From an uncultured delta proteobacterium (GTDB lineage Bacteria; Desulfobacterota; Desulfobacteria; Desulfobacterales; JAFDCJ01), in assembly GCA_963769935.1 (NCBI GenBank), contig CAVYNY010000009.1, positions 64,001-128,000 of the forward strand: 64,000 nt of DNA, written 5' to 3'. The notes beneath the pieces are model-generated. The model saw only the letters and a list, made by a program, of their open reading frames with translations, was not told the DNA's origin and ran no database searches. The translations under genes were made by a program, and so were the position numbers. How positions within the stretch are numbered: position 1 is the stretch's first letter; every line of letters starts with the position of its first letter. Shown piece after piece: positions 61,492 through 64,000 of the stretch.

Positions 61492-62223
61492 CTACCCTCC
61501 CAAATACGCATCGATCACCCGGGGTTCATTGGCGACCTGTTCCATTGTGCCTTCGGCGATCAGTTCGCCTTTGGCCAGCACGGTGACTTTGTCGCACAAG
61601 GTGCTGACGGTCGGCATCTCATGGCTGATAATTAAAAAAGTAATGCCTTTCTCGGTATTCATCATTCTGATGGATTTCAGGATAATTCCCTTGATGGACT
61701 GGTGAACGCCGGCAAAAGGTTCATCCATAACGTAGAGTTGAAGGTCCCGGTTCATGAATCCCCGCACTATCTGCAGCAGCATGTTCTGGCCGCCTGAGAG
61801 GCTCTTGGCCTGCTTATCCTTCAGTCGCGTAAGCTTTGCGAATTCCAGCAGTTCATCAGCCCGGGCAACGGCATCTTTTTTTGACTGCCCCTGGCAAAAT
61901 GCAGGGATCAGCATGTTTTCCAAAACGGTCATATCACGAAAGACCCTGGCAACCTGAAAGGTCCGCATGATGCCCTGTAAAGCAATAACATCCGATTGCA
62001 GGCCGTCGATGCGCTTTCCGGCATAAAAGATATTTCCCTCGTCGGGTTCGTAGATCCCGGTGATAACATTGATAAGAGTCGTTTTGCCGGACCCGTTGGG
62101 GCCGATCAAGCCGCGAATCTCACCTTTTCCAATCTGCAAAGAGACCTTATTATTGGCAACCAACCCGCCGAATCTTTTAACGACCTTTTGCACATCAAGG
62201 AATGGATAAGCATGTTCATTCAT
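61492..62223 (-). CDS. branched-chain amino acid-type ABC ATPase (LivG-like)
   Basis: FGGL.A; GPNGSGKTT; RTFQ; DEPFAG; V..AYLG. Confidence 0.93.
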   Translation of the reverse strand: MNEHAYPFLDVQKVVKRFGGLVANNKVSLQIGKGEIRGLIGPNGSGKTTLINVITGIYEPDEGNIFYAGKRIDGLQSDVIALQGIMRTFQVARVFRDMTVLENMLIPAFCQGQSKKDAVARADELLEFAKLTRLKDKQAKSLSGGQNMLLQIVRGFMNRDLQLYVMDEPFAGVHQSIKGIILKSIRMMNTEKGITFLIISHEMPTVSTLCDKVTVLAKGELIAEGTMEQVANEPRVIDAYLGG

Positions 62224-62455
62224 TTATTCGCCATCCCGGTGCTCTTAATTGAGCATCAAACGCCGCTGAGTACCAAATTGAGATAGAAAATTCGAATATC
62301 GAAATCCGAAACAATATCAAAATCCCAATGTCAAAAATTCAAAAAAATATGCGAAGCATTGAACATAATTAAGCCACCGGGGCTTCGATCAGACAAGTTT
62401 CTTCAGTTTTCAAATAACCATATCCGAGCCCGTATAGACTACTTTTCAGGGCGGA

Positions 62456-63409
62456 TTAATTATATGCCGACACCGGCTCCTTTTCCCTGCCAAACCAATT
62501 TTTAACCCGCCTGACCAATTCCATCAACCCGCCGTTGAAAAACCGCATGATGATGATGACCAGAGCACTTAAGATAATGATACGGATCTCGGACTGTTCT
62601 CTGAGGAGCTCCATGGTAATTCGAACCGCAATAGCGCCGGCCACCGGACCGGCCTGGGTGCGCATACCGCCGATGACTACAAAAATAATGATCATGGCCA
62701 TTTCGTTGAAGTCTCCCAGAACAGGACTGATCAGACCGATGGTGTGACCGTAAAAGGCTCCAGCCATTCCTGCAATACTGCTGGCAATGATAAAGGCGAA
62801 GATTTTATAGCGAACGATATTGACTCCCATCGATCGGGCCGCAATGGCATCATCGCGAATCGATCTCAAATAATACCCGATGCGGGAACGCATCAGGACG
62901 GCAATCAACAGGACGCAAAACACGGTGAGTCCGAGGAAGAAATAATAGTAGGGCGTGGGCTGCAGGGTCCCGAAAAGCAGCGGCGTTTCCAGCCCGCGGT
63001 CACCGCCGGTAAACGCGTAGTGCATTCGCAAATAATTGCGTATCACCTCGGCAAACGCCCAGGTGATCAGGGCCAGATACAGTCCTTGCGTCCGCAGACA
63101 AACAATCCCCAGGATCAAACTGAGGAACATCGTCAAAGCAATTGCCGCCGGTATGGTGAGCCAGAGTGAAGCCCCGGCTTTGACCATCAGCAGTGACGAG
63201 GTATAAGCGCCGAGCATGCCGAAAGTATGGTGGGCCAGGGAGAATTGCCCGGTGTACCCCCCGAGCAGGTTCCAGCTGGCGGCCATAATGGCATAGAAGA
63301 AGGACACCGTAAGGATATACTGCCAGTAATCCGTAAGGCCCAACGGCAGCAAAAGAGCTATGAAAATGACCACCGCCAGAGCCAGATTTTTTACATTCAG
63401 TATTTTCAT
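62456..63409 (-). CDS. branched-chain amino acid-type ABC permease (LivM-like)
   Basis: GYTGQFSLAH; YLAL.T.AF.E; TGG..G; IRDD..AA..MGVN. Confidence 0.93.
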   Translation of the reverse strand: MKILNVKNLALAVVIFIALLLPLGLTDYWQYILTVSFFYAIMAASWNLLGGYTGQFSLAHHTFGMLGAYTSSLLMVKAGASLWLTIPAAIALTMFLSLILGIVCLRTQGLYLALITWAFAEVIRNYLRMHYAFTGGDRGLETPLLFGTLQPTPYYYFFLGLTVFCVLLIAVLMRSRIGYYLRSIRDDAIAARSMGVNIVRYKIFAFIIASSIAGMAGAFYGHTIGLISPVLGDFNEMAMIIIFVVIGGMRTQAGPVAGAIAVRITMELLREQSEIRIIILSALVIIIMRFFNGGLMELVRRVKNWFGREKEPVSAYN

Positions 63410-63443
63410 TATGAACTTTTTAGTACCTAAGCTTAGATATTGT

Positions 63444-63672
63444 GGTTTCAGGTGTCAGCGCCGCCGCCGGCCAAAACAACGGCCGGTCTGATCGAAAAAG
63501 AAACATAATAGTTCACCGCAGAGCCCGCAGCCTCCGGCCCATAGGGCCTACGCCCCGGTGGGAGAACGCCGAGAAAGAAAAGTTAAATTAATCTCTGCGC
63601 TCTCTGCGCTCTCAGCGGTGAGACACTTCGTAAAAATGACATCGAATTTAAGGAAGTTTCATATGAGGTGTC
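63444..63672. repeat. composite intergenic repeat, copy 3 (longest)
   Basis: 63463-63594 is identical to 4694-4825; the 3' part aligns with 23505-23581. Confidence 0.93.
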
Positions 63673-63862
63673 AGATAATAAGCCCATAGCTGATAGCGCA
63701 TAGTTCATAGTCGAAAGACAGAAGTAATGAGGCTGGGAAGATAGAAAGGATAGAAGCAGGGAAGGTGAGAGGTTGGGAAGGTGAGAAAAAATCCGAAATT
63801 CTGCGTTCGAAACTGCTTTATAATTTTTCTCTCTCATCCTCCGACCTTTATCCTTTTGTTTA

Positions 63863-64000
63863 TAGCTCGGCTGAAGTCCAGCAGCCGACTTTTGGCCTCC
63901 TGGATAGCAAGCTCATAACGACCAAATCGCCCGGGAAGCTTCCCCCAGACTCTTTGGGCATCGCTGCGCTGCTCGAACACGATGCAAAGTCGTCGGTAAA
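63863..64000 (-). mobile_element. second copy of the group II intron RT region, truncated at 63863 and continuing beyond the window
   Basis: Near-identical to ~51938-52073, with 4 substitutions and 3 single-base indels. Confidence 0.92.

Noticed and set aside
46123..62345. Short tandem arrays as CRISPR
   Set aside because: Units are 7-9 bp, with no unique 30-40 bp spacers and no cas genes.
51938..64000. RT plus a near-identical repeat pair as a diversity-generating retroelement (TR/VR)
   Set aside because: The repeat is RT coding sequence itself. Differences are at G/C positions and indels, not adenine-specific. The RT has group II intron motifs (GTPQGG) and flanking intron RNA.

Overview
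This is a gene-dense bacterial chromosome segment of moderate GC with AT-rich spacers. Gene content and intergenic repeat style suggest a Desulfobacterales-like anaerobe (inference). In order: a partial Nramp-Usp fusion; a TRAP/IclR/kduD/kduI uronate operon; a PAS-sigma54 activator divergent from a corrinoid protein and methyl-THF methyltransferase; a membrane PP2C phosphatase; a DUF4242-class III cyclase with atypical base-specifying residues; a PEP-CTERM/ExeA-TPR/LysM cluster; a BaeSR-like pair; and bactofilin. A ~20 kb block (26.5-46.1 kb) holds two divergent sigma54 operons with parallel architecture: histidine kinase, activator, Usp-like proteins, a CMP-kinase-like/BON protein and an anion transporter (TauE or SLC13). 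It also holds a Lon protease with an inserted receiver domain and three consecutive proteins sharing an A[VI]TFAEAGQ motif, and is the best candidate for an undescribed system. After it come ktrAB, GNAT, aor, a MoaD-like gene, a decayed group II intron, an ADH pseudogene, an IlvD/Edd dehydratase and an opine-dehydrogenase/Liv-type cluster. A second intron fragment lies at the window end. Spacers contain many nested palindromic and 7-9-mer tandem repeats. No tRNA, rRNA or CRISPR array was seen. All calls come from reading motifs by eye; no searches were run.
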